Below the pieces are notes generated by a model, which saw nothing but the letters and a program-made list of their open reading frames with translations, ran no database searches and was not told where the DNA came from. Position numbers and translations under genes: made by a program. A stretch of DNA of 45,600 nt from Gammaproteobacteria bacterium (GTDB taxonomy: Bacteria; Pseudomonadota; Gammaproteobacteria; Steroidobacterales; Rariloculaceae), in assembly GCA_963581225.1 (NCBI GenBank), contig CAUZMW010000002.1, positions 1 through 45,600 of the forward strand, given 5' to 3'. This document shows, piece after piece, positions 34,972-42,887 of the stretch (position 1 is the first letter of the stretch; every line of letters starts with the position of its first letter).

Positions 34972-36447
34972 CTATTGTGCCGCCATCTTTAGGCCGGTGA
35001 GCGAGCGCTCACGACCGACCGAACCCTTTAGAGCGAGCTCATAGTTCTGCAGCGCCAGCTCGTTCTTGCCCATCGACAGATAGGTATCTGCTAGCAGTTC
35101 CGCCGTCGGCTGCACAGGCTGAGCGGGGCCGTACTCCGGCGGCACGCTGGCCTCGAGTTGTGCGGCTTCCTCTATCAGAGTGAGCGCGCGGTCGGAATTT
35201 CCTGCCGCCAACTCGATCTGACCTTCGAGTGCCAGGTGCAACAGCCGCGGTACCATCGCGCGACGACTAGCCGTCTGAATGGGTTCGGCGCCGCCGATCG
35301 CCGCCAGCGCTGAGTTGGCGCTATCGGAATCGCCCGCTTTGAGTGCCAGTACTCCCTGAATGTACTGATCCGTCGCGATCGCGTATGGACTCAAGCCGTC
35401 GTAATCGACTTGCACGCTGGCTAATGGGCTGTCCCAGTTACCTGTATCGACGAGATAAGATGCTCGACCTGCGATGAAGTTCTGCCGGTGCGATGCGGCC
35501 GGGTGACGGGTCATCTGGTCCTGAATCAGCGCGACATGCTCGGCTGCTTCCGCGTCCCGGTTCATCTGATTGAGAGCGTAGATCACCCAGGTCAACGCGT
35601 GATAAGCCTGATTCCCATATGGGTCGTTCTTGCTGGGTCGGCGCCCAATGTCCTCTTCGAACGAACGCGCGTTGCGTTCGTATCCGAGCTCCCACATGCC
35701 GAGTGCGAAATAGATATGCGAGCCCATGTGCAGCGCGTGCACGGCCGACGGCGCGACTTCGGCGTACACCTTCGCGGCGCGTAAACCCAACGGCGCGTGG
35801 ATCGGGTCGTCGTAGCTGTGAATGGCGTAATGGAGGGCGCCGGGATGTGTCGGATTGATCGCTAGGACGTCCTCCGCGATCGCGCCGGCGCGCATATAGC
35901 GCGCATAGTCTCGACCGCCATGACTGGTCGTAATCAGGGATAGCGCGTAGAACGCCGCGGCGTCGAGATCGTCCGGATAGGATTCGCGGATCTCCCCGAG
36001 TGCTGCCGAATACAGAAGCTCTCGCTCCTCCTGGCTCCCTTCGCCGAACAGAAGCTCAACCGAGTGTAGGTAGGCTTTCTCGCGATCGGTTGCGAATTTC
36101 GTCGCTCGCTCCTCCGGTGTGTCACCGAGTCTTGCAAGCGCGGCTCTGGAGGCATCGAGACTGTGTTGGCTCCACAGCGAATGTTCATGGGTCAGCGCCT
36201 CGCCCCAGTACGCCATCGCGAAGTCCGGGTCGAGATCCTGTGCTTGAAGAAAGCTGACGCGAGCGTCGTCGTACTCGAAATTATGTAACTGGAGCAATCC
36301 CAGAATGAATACGTCGTACGCTTCCGGGGTTCCGGATGCGGCGAAATCGGTGCTGCCGTAAATCTCCGCATCGCGGCCATCGGCGGCCGAAGCGGTACCG
36401 GTCAGCGATACGCTCAGTATCAGACTCAAGAATAATGCGTTCTTCAT
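34972..36447 (-). CDS. Exported helical-repeat (TPR-like) protein with a conserved His cluster; function unknown
   Basis: Signal MKNALFLSLILSVSLTGTASA. TPR-like helices throughout (e.g. C-terminal AELLADTYLSMGKNELALQNYELALK). His-rich block HPGALHYAIHSYDDPIHA...AVHALHMGSHIYF. Lies 21 nt upstream of the fusion gene. Confidence 0.55.
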   Translation of the reverse strand: MKNALFLSLILSVSLTGTASAADGRDAEIYGSTDFAASGTPEAYDVFILGLLQLHNFEYDDARVSFLQAQDLDPDFAMAYWGEALTHEHSLWSQHSLDASRAALARLGDTPEERATKFATDREKAYLHSVELLFGEGSQEERELLYSAALGEIRESYPDDLDAAAFYALSLITTSHGGRDYARYMRAGAIAEDVLAINPTHPGALHYAIHSYDDPIHAPLGLRAAKVYAEVAPSAVHALHMGSHIYFALGMWELGYERNARSFEEDIGRRPSKNDPYGNQAYHALTWVIYALNQMNRDAEAAEHVALIQDQMTRHPAASHRQNFIAGRASYLVDTGNWDSPLASVQVDYDGLSPYAIATDQYIQGVLALKAGDSDSANSALAAIGGAEPIQTASRRAMVPRLLHLALEGQIELAAGNSDRALTLIEEAAQLEASVPPEYGPAQPVQPTAELLADTYLSMGKNELALQNYELALKGSVGRERSLTGLKMAAQ

Positions 36448-36613
36448 GCTCGATCTCCCAAGAGGCTTGGTTCCTGAATTCCAGTCTGCGGCAACTCGCG
36501 TAAATTTCTGGACCCGCTTACCGGTATTGACCTCGGCCGCATTCAGATTCTGGCCGCTCTGTCGTCGGCGGCTTCGCCTTAATTTACGAGCGATTATACG
36601 CTGGATTCCTACG

Positions 36614-36729
36614 GATACGGGGACGGAATACGGGGGCGGTCTACCTAACTATCTAGACAGTTCCACCGTGAGTTAGGTAGACCGTCCCCGTATTCGAGAA
36701 TATCTGCCACCAATGTTGGAGCGGCCGCC
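36614..36729. repeat. Palindromic intergenic element, copy B (same orientation as copy A)
   Basis: 25-bp arms: GAATACGGGGGCGGTCTACCTAACT (36626-36650) and AGTTAGGTAGACCGTCCCCGTATTC (36671-36695), with one mismatch. The loop ATCTAGACAGTTCCACCGTG is shared with copy A. An extra half-arm ATACGGGGACGG lies at 36614-36625. The flank TTGGAGCGGCCGCC (36716-36729) matches the copy A outer arm. Confidence 0.85.
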
Positions 36730-36738
36730 CTGCCGCGG

Positions 36739-37953
36739 TCAGTTGCCGCGGATGACGACGCTGTCGGCAACCAGCTTGTCGATGTCTGAATCGGCGTAAC
36801 CTAACTCGCGCAGGACCTCCGTCGTGTGTTGTCCTAACGTCGGGGCACCGCGTTCGATGGCCGCGGGAGTTTCGCTGAACTTCACCGGAAAACCGATCGT
36901 CGGCACCGGACCGAGGCGTTGGTGCTCCGTCTCGACCAGCATCTCTCGCGCTTTGGTCTGCGGATCGGCGAGCATCTCGCCGACGCTCAACACCGGGCCG
37001 GCCGGCACGCCTGCCGCGTCGAGTCGCTCCAGCCAATCGTTCGTGCTGCGTTTCTTGAATGCAGGCGCCAGTGCGTCGGCGAGTTCGGCTCGATGTGCCA
37101 TCCGGTCCTCGTTCTGCAGGAATCGGCTATCGGTCAACAGCTCCGGCAGGCCGAGAACATCCGGCAACCGTTGCCAGACGACCTGGCTGGCCGCGCCGAG
37201 AGTCAGCCAGCCGTTCGCGGTCTGAAACGCTTCGTAGGGTGCGTTTAACGGATGGGCCGATCCCATCGGGGTAGGCGATACGCCGGTGGCGAGCGCGATC
37301 GCCGACTGCCAGAAGGTCTGCGTGATACCGGCTTCGAATAGCGAGGTATCGACTCGCTGTCCTCTACCCGTCTTATTGCGTTCGATCGTGGCAGCGAGTA
37401 CCCCCATCGTCGCGAGAAGTCCGGCCGTAATGTCGGTGACCGGCGTGCCGCACTTGACGGGCGGCCGGTCCGGCCCCTCGCCCGTGATACTCATCAGGCC
37501 GCTCATACCCTGCGCGACGAGATCGAAGCCGCCACGATCGGCGTAGGGTCCGGTGCGGCCGAAACCGGAGATCTCGCAGTAGATGAGTCCGGGGTTGCTT
37601 TTACTCAACTCGTCGTAGCCCAGGCCCAGCCGCTCCATCGTGCCCTTGCGGTAGTTTTCGATGACGACGTCGGCTGTCTTCAATAGCCGCTGCACTATCT
37701 CTTTGCCGGCCGGTGCTTTGAGATCGACGGCGATGCCGCGCTTATTGCGATTCAGCATCATGAATGCCGCGGGCTCGCCGTCGACATCGGGCGGGAGAAA
37801 TCCTCGCGCGGCGTCGCCACCCGGGACGCGCTCCACCTTAATCACATCGGCGCCCATGTCGGCGAGCATCCGGCCGCACACGGGGCCGGCCATGATGTGG
37901 GCGAGCTCGACGACGGTCACACCCTTGAGTGGGCCGGGTTGCGTGGTGCTCAT
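36739..37953 (-). CDS. Family III CoA-transferase (CaiB/BaiF)
   Basis: VVELAHIMAGPVCGRMLADMGADVIKVE N-terminal signature. 404 aa. Confidence 0.9.
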   Translation of the reverse strand: MSTTQPGPLKGVTVVELAHIMAGPVCGRMLADMGADVIKVERVPGGDAARGFLPPDVDGEPAAFMMLNRNKRGIAVDLKAPAGKEIVQRLLKTADVVIENYRKGTMERLGLGYDELSKSNPGLIYCEISGFGRTGPYADRGGFDLVAQGMSGLMSITGEGPDRPPVKCGTPVTDITAGLLATMGVLAATIERNKTGRGQRVDTSLFEAGITQTFWQSAIALATGVSPTPMGSAHPLNAPYEAFQTANGWLTLGAASQVVWQRLPDVLGLPELLTDSRFLQNEDRMAHRAELADALAPAFKKRSTNDWLERLDAAGVPAGPVLSVGEMLADPQTKAREMLVETEHQRLGPVPTIGFPVKFSETPAAIERGAPTLGQHTTEVLRELGYADSDIDKLVADSVVIRGN

Positions 37954-37956
37954 CTG

Positions 37957-38736
37957 TCAGCGCCCTTTGAACTCCGGCTTCTTCTTGTCGAGAAACGCTT
38001 CGTAGCCGATTCGATAGTCCTCCGTGTCGTACGCCGCAAAACCTTCGTCGATTTCTTCAGGGGTAAGCGGTGCCGGGTCCGCCAAACGCCGGATGAATTT
38101 CTTATGCCAACGATTGACGAGCGGGGCGCGTTCGGCAATGCGGCGAGCGAGCGAGTAAGCGGTCTCGAGAAGGTCCTCATCCGCAGTCACCTGGCTCACG
38201 AGGCCGAGTTTGAAGGCTCGCTTGGCGTCGAATACGTCACCGCCGAGTAAGATTTCCAATGCGCCCGCCGTGCCTGCAATGTCTTTCAAAGTAGCGGCTT
38301 CGGCGTAGGACATCGTGAGTCCGAGCCTATTGATCGGCACCCCGAAGCGGCTCGACGCGCCGCAGAGCCGGATATCGCAGGCGCTCGAGAGCTCGAGCCC
38401 GCCGCCGACGCACACGCCCTGAATCGCGGCGATAACGGGATGCCGGCAATTTCGGATGGCCGTCAGGCTTGTGTCGATGACTTTGCCGTAGGCGCGGACC
38501 TGCGCCTCCGTGTTGCGGTGCTTCTCGAAGCCGGCGATGTCGGCGCCGGCCGAGAAAGCCCGCTCGTCCGCACCGCGTACGACTACGCAGCGAATCGCGT
38601 CTTCATCATGCAGTTCCGCCATCAGCTCGCCGACGCGTATCCACTGCGGCAGACCCAGCGCGTTGAGTTTCTCCGGGCGATTCAGTACCACCGTCGCGAC
38701 GGTAGCGTCGATCTCTACGTAGATTGCGTCAGGCAT
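37957..38736 (-). CDS. Enoyl-CoA hydratase/isomerase (crotonase family)
   Basis: VVLNRPEKLNAL, FSAGADI, and AAIQGVCVGGGLELSSACDIRL oxyanion-hole motifs. Confidence 0.9.
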   Translation of the reverse strand: MPDAIYVEIDATVATVVLNRPEKLNALGLPQWIRVGELMAELHDEDAIRCVVVRGADERAFSAGADIAGFEKHRNTEAQVRAYGKVIDTSLTAIRNCRHPVIAAIQGVCVGGGLELSSACDIRLCGASSRFGVPINRLGLTMSYAEAATLKDIAGTAGALEILLGGDVFDAKRAFKLGLVSQVTADEDLLETAYSLARRIAERAPLVNRWHKKFIRRLADPAPLTPEEIDEGFAAYDTEDYRIGYEAFLDKKKPEFKGR

Positions 38737-38757
38737 CCTGTAGTTCCGCTAGCAGAT

Positions 38758-40041
38758 TCAGCGATAAAACAAATTCACGAGGCTCATCGGAATCGCCGGG
38801 ATATAGGTCACGAGCATAAGCACGGCGAACAATACGGAAACAAAGTAGATATTAACTCTGCTGACCTCCCAGATGTCCGCTTTGGCTACCGAGCAGGCCG
38901 TCACAAGGACGCTCGCGACGGGCGGCGTCTGCTGCCCGATGCCGAGATTCAACGTCACGACGAGACCGAAATGGACGGGATCTATGCCCACCGCGTTGAC
39001 TAATGGCATCACGATAGGCACGACGAGGATGATCGCAGCAGCTGAGTGCAGGAACAGCCCGATGGCGAGGAAGAAGACATTGAGCAGCGCCAGTACGGCC
39101 CAGCGGTTATCGGTGAATTCGACGATTGCCTGGGCGACGCGCTGCGGGACTTGTTGTTCGGTGAGGAACTCGCCCAAGAGAGCGGAGGCGGCCACCAGCA
39201 ACATCACGACCGCGGTCTGTACTGCGCCCTCGATGATCGCCTGGCGGAGTCGTTGCCAGTTCAGTTCCCGGTAGATTACGCCGCCGATGAAGATCGCCGC
39301 GACGACAGCCAGGCCGGCGCCTTCCGTTGCGGTTACCCAACCCGTGAAAATTCCGCCGAGGATGATCACCGGAAGAGACAACGCCCAGATTGCGTCTTTG
39401 AATGTCTCGGCGACGCGTCGTAGTTGAAACGCGGCTTCTACGGGAAAGTCGTGACGAATGGCAATAACGTACGAGGTTCCCATCATCAGCACGCCGCCGA
39501 TGATGCCCGGGATAATTCCGGCGACGAACAATTCAACAACGGAGCTTCCCGACATGACGCCGTACAGAATCATCGGAATCGACGGCGGAATGATGACTGC
39601 GAGCGTGGCGGACGATGAGGTCACGGCTGCCGCGAATGGAGCCGGATATCCTTTGGCCTTCATCTGCGGTATCAAAATCGATCCTAGCGATGCGACATCC
39701 GCGACGGCGGAGCCCGAGATCTCCGCAAAGAACATTGACGCGGCGGTCGTGACCATTGCCAGCCCGCCGCGAACGAATCCGACGAGGGCCGAAGCGAACG
39801 CGATGAGCCGCTGCGAGATACCCGACGAGTTCATGATGGCGCCGGCGAGAATGAACAGTGGGATCGCGATCAACGAGAATTTCGTCGCGCCGGTGAATAG
39901 CACCAGGGCTATATTGGGCAGCGCGTCGATACCGGAGGTCATCAACACGGCGATCACGGTGACGGCCCCCAGCGCGATCGCTATCGGCACGTCGATCGCG
40001 ACCAATAGGATCAGCCCGACGAAGAGCAGCAGCAGAATCAC
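38758..40041 (-). CDS. dctM: TRAP transporter large permease (DctM)
   Basis: 427-aa polytopic protein, DctM-like throughout. Overlaps dctQ by 4 nt. Confidence 0.9.
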   Translation of the reverse strand: MILLLLFVGLILLVAIDVPIAIALGAVTVIAVLMTSGIDALPNIALVLFTGATKFSLIAIPLFILAGAIMNSSGISQRLIAFASALVGFVRGGLAMVTTAASMFFAEISGSAVADVASLGSILIPQMKAKGYPAPFAAAVTSSSATLAVIIPPSIPMILYGVMSGSSVVELFVAGIIPGIIGGVLMMGTSYVIAIRHDFPVEAAFQLRRVAETFKDAIWALSLPVIILGGIFTGWVTATEGAGLAVVAAIFIGGVIYRELNWQRLRQAIIEGAVQTAVVMLLVAASALLGEFLTEQQVPQRVAQAIVEFTDNRWAVLALLNVFFLAIGLFLHSAAAIILVVPIVMPLVNAVGIDPVHFGLVVTLNLGIGQQTPPVASVLVTACSVAKADIWEVSRVNIYFVSVLFAVLMLVTYIPAIPMSLVNLFYR

Positions 40042-40544
40042 TCGAGTTGTCTCCGTGTCGCCTTTTTCAACGCGGGCCAGATCTCAGCGAAGCTCAGAAG
40101 CTCGGCGATGATGAACAGTGCAGCCCCGATCGGAATCACGGACTGGGTGAAACGCACCGAGACGCTGGGCAGGCTGGCCAGGTAGAGACCGTTCAGAACC
40201 AGAAGCACCTGCCAGCCGGCCCAGGCGACCAGGACGAAGAAGCCGACAACGATGATCTCCCGGCAAAGCACGAGGTAGAGCCGCAGCTGAGGTGCCGCGG
40301 AATCGACGAGTTTCGGGAAGCCGATGTGTGCCCGTTTCAACGCCGCAAGTGAAGCGCCATAGTAAGTCAGCCAGGCTAGCAGGATAGACGCGACCTCGTC
40401 GTACCAGACTAGGGCTGCACCGGCTTTACGGAATCCAACGCCTACGATCACGACGACCGCGAGTGACGTCATCAAGAACAGCATGATAATTTCGAGCGAC
40501 TGCTCGAGGCCGTTTCGGTATTTGCCGGTTGCGGGGACGGTCAC
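40038..40544 (-). CDS. dctQ: TRAP transporter small permease (DctQ)
   Basis: 168 aa, four TM segments, lying between dctP and dctM. Confidence 0.8.
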   Translation of the reverse strand: MTVPATGKYRNGLEQSLEIIMLFLMTSLAVVVIVGVGFRKAGAALVWYDEVASILLAWLTYYGASLAALKRAHIGFPKLVDSAAPQLRLYLVLCREIIVVGFFVLVAWAGWQVLLVLNGLYLASLPSVSVRFTQSVIPIGAALFIIAELLSFAEIWPALKKATRRQLE

Positions 40545-40595
40545 GGAACAGCTCGAGAGCAGCCCGCGGCGAATCGAAGATGAGAATTACCCCGT

Positions 40596-41588
40596 TCAGT
40601 CACTGGTCAGACTGAATGCATGTTCCAGAAGCGCCCGCCCGCCCGTTACGGACTTGCCGAATTCGTCGTAGACCGCCTGGCTCACCGCGACAAAGCTCTC
40701 GAGATCAGGCTCGTTCACGACCACATTCGCGTCGACCATCTCCTGAAGAAACTCCGTCTCCATGCGCTCCGCCGTGTCGTAGACGAAGCGTTGTGTCTCA
40801 CGTGCGGTTTCCTCGAGGATTAGTCGGACGTCCTCCGGCAGCCGGCCCCAGCGATCTGCGTTAACCGTCACATAGGCAGGCGAGTAGACGTGACCGGTCA
40901 GCGACAGGTAGGGCTGAATCTCATGAAACCTCGAGCTCACAATCTGCGCCAGCGGATTCTCCTGACCATCCATTACGCCGGTCTGCAATGCGACGAATAC
41001 CTCCGATAACGGCATTGGCGTTGGATTGGCGCCGAACGTCTGAAACATCTTTACGCGCCAGATGCCGCGGGGCGTCCTGAGTTTCACGCCCGCCAGGTCT
41101 TCCGGTGTATCGATCGGACGAATACTATTTGTGACGTGGCGAAAGCCATTTTCCCAGACCGCGATGATGTCATAGCCTTGCTCGGTCACGATCGGTCGCA
41201 ACGTAGGCCACAGGATTTCCTCCTCGATCCTGCCCATGTGTTCACGATCCTCGACGAGATAGGGCATCTCGAACAGGCCGAACTCCGCGAACGTCGATGA
41301 CATGATGGTTGAAGGCAACGCGAAGTCGACGGTGCCGAGCCGCAGCTTCTGCAGAAGCACCTCGTCGCTGCCCAGTTGGCTCGCGCCGAATACGACCACC
41401 GTGGCGCGTTCGCCAAGCCGCTCATTCGCCAGCCGCGCGAATTCCTCGGCGGAGGCCGCGTACAGGGAACCAGGGGCGCCGACATGCCCGAACTTCAGCT
41501 CCAGCGGTCTGCCGGACTCGTCGGCACAGCCCGCGATTGCCGCGAGGGCGACCAATAAACTCAACGACGACCGAGTGTTGCGTGTCAT
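40596..41588 (-). CDS. dctP: TRAP transporter substrate-binding lipoprotein (DctP family)
   Basis: Lipobox LAAIAGC. The DctP pattern LKFGHVGAPGSLY...VKLRTP...QTGVMDGQENPL is typical. Confidence 0.85.
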   Translation of the reverse strand: MTRNTRSSLSLLVALAAIAGCADESGRPLELKFGHVGAPGSLYAASAEEFARLANERLGERATVVVFGASQLGSDEVLLQKLRLGTVDFALPSTIMSSTFAEFGLFEMPYLVEDREHMGRIEEEILWPTLRPIVTEQGYDIIAVWENGFRHVTNSIRPIDTPEDLAGVKLRTPRGIWRVKMFQTFGANPTPMPLSEVFVALQTGVMDGQENPLAQIVSSRFHEIQPYLSLTGHVYSPAYVTVNADRWGRLPEDVRLILEETARETQRFVYDTAERMETEFLQEMVDANVVVNEPDLESFVAVSQAVYDEFGKSVTGGRALLEHAFSLTSD

Positions 41589-41601
41589 ACCGGCTACTTC
41601 C

Positions 41602-42789
41602 TTACGAAGCCTTCAGATAATCTAATGCCGCCGTCACGCCACCCGTGGCATGCGGAATTCCCGCGGCGTCCAGGCCCATCTCGACGCCCGAGAGCGTCCC
41701 AGCCAACATCAGCTCGTTAAAGCTGCCGAGGTGACCGATCCGGAAGACTTTATCCGCCAGGACGCCGAGCCCGGCTCCGAGCGACATGTCATAGCGTTGC
41801 AGGATGGCGGCACGTAGCGCATCCGCGCTTTGATCCTCGGGCACCAATACCGCCGTCACCGTATTGCTGCTCTTTTCCGGCATGGCGCAATAGTTTTCGA
41901 GGCCCCAGGCGGCGACAGCCCGTCGCGTCGCCTCCGCGAGTCGCGCATGACGGGCATAGATATTCGGCCAGCCCTCAGCCTCCAGCATCGACAACGCTTC
42001 GCGCAGCCCGAAGAAGAGGTTGCTCGCCGGCGTGTACGGAAAGAACCCGGTTTCATTCGACGGCAGGAGGTCTTCCCAGCTCCAGTAGGACTTCGGCAGT
42101 TGTGACGATTGACTTGCCGCGATCGCTCTTTCGCTGATGACGTTGAACGACAGTCCAGGCGGAAGCATCAGCCCTTTCTGCGATCCGGCGATCGTGACGT
42201 CGACGCCCCAGTCATCCTGCAGGTATTCGATGGAACCCGCCGAGGACACGGCATCGACGAACAATAACGCGGGGTGACCGGCGCTGTTCATGGCTTCGCG
42301 GACGGCGGCAATCGAGTTGGTAATACCTGACGAAGTCTCGTTGTGGACGACCATCACGGCTTTGATGCTGTGGGCCGCGTCGTTCTTGAGCTGGTCCTCG
42401 ATTACGTTGGAGTCAACGCCCTGCCGCCAGTCGCAGGGCACGAAGTCGATATCCAGCCCGAAACGCTCAGCCGAGATCTTCCAGTTGAGCGCGAAGACGC
42501 CGCTGTCGAACATCAGGATCTTGTCGCCGGCAGAGAGCGTGTTAGTGAACGAGGCTTCCCAGCCACCGGTGGCCGAGCCGGGATAAATCATGACCGCGTC
42601 GTTCGTGTTAAACACTCGGCGCAGTTTTGGGATGATCTCCAGCGTCAGTGCGGCGAATGTCGGGCCGCGATGATCGATCGTCGGCTGCGCCATGGCACCC
42701 AGAATTTGATCCGGAACGTTGGTCGGTCCAGGTACTTGTAGAAAATGCCGGCCGCTTCGCGGGGCGCCGGACCCGTTAGTTTTATTCAT
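41602..42789 (-). CDS. Class V pyridoxal-phosphate aminotransferase (serine/alanine-glyoxylate type)
   Basis: N-terminus HFLQVPGPTNVPDQIL. PLP-lysine context IAGSQKGLMLPPGLSF. 395 aa. Confidence 0.85.
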   Translation of the reverse strand: MNKTNGSGAPRSGRHFLQVPGPTNVPDQILGAMAQPTIDHRGPTFAALTLEIIPKLRRVFNTNDAVMIYPGSATGGWEASFTNTLSAGDKILMFDSGVFALNWKISAERFGLDIDFVPCDWRQGVDSNVIEDQLKNDAAHSIKAVMVVHNETSSGITNSIAAVREAMNSAGHPALLFVDAVSSAGSIEYLQDDWGVDVTIAGSQKGLMLPPGLSFNVISERAIAASQSSQLPKSYWSWEDLLPSNETGFFPYTPASNLFFGLREALSMLEAEGWPNIYARHARLAEATRRAVAAWGLENYCAMPEKSSNTVTAVLVPEDQSADALRAAILQRYDMSLGAGLGVLADKVFRIGHLGSFNELMLAGTLSGVEMGLDAAGIPHATGGVTAALDYLKAS

Positions 42790-42824
42790 TCTTAGTAGGT
42801 GCTCGATTGCCAGACGGGTAGAAT

Positions 42825-42847
42825 ATTACGGGTAGATCGCCTCGAAC
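42825..42847. promoter_or_regulatory. Direct 9-mer repeat in a divergent promoter region (candidate regulator site)
   Basis: ACGGGTAGA at 42825-42833 and 42839-42847 with a 5-nt AT spacer. It lies in the 98-bp gap between the aminotransferase operon (-) and the FAD/Fe-S oxidoreductase (+). Confidence 0.25.
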
Positions 42848-42887
42848 CCAACTATCAGTGAGCTTTTCACCCTTGTCTATGCGCCGT

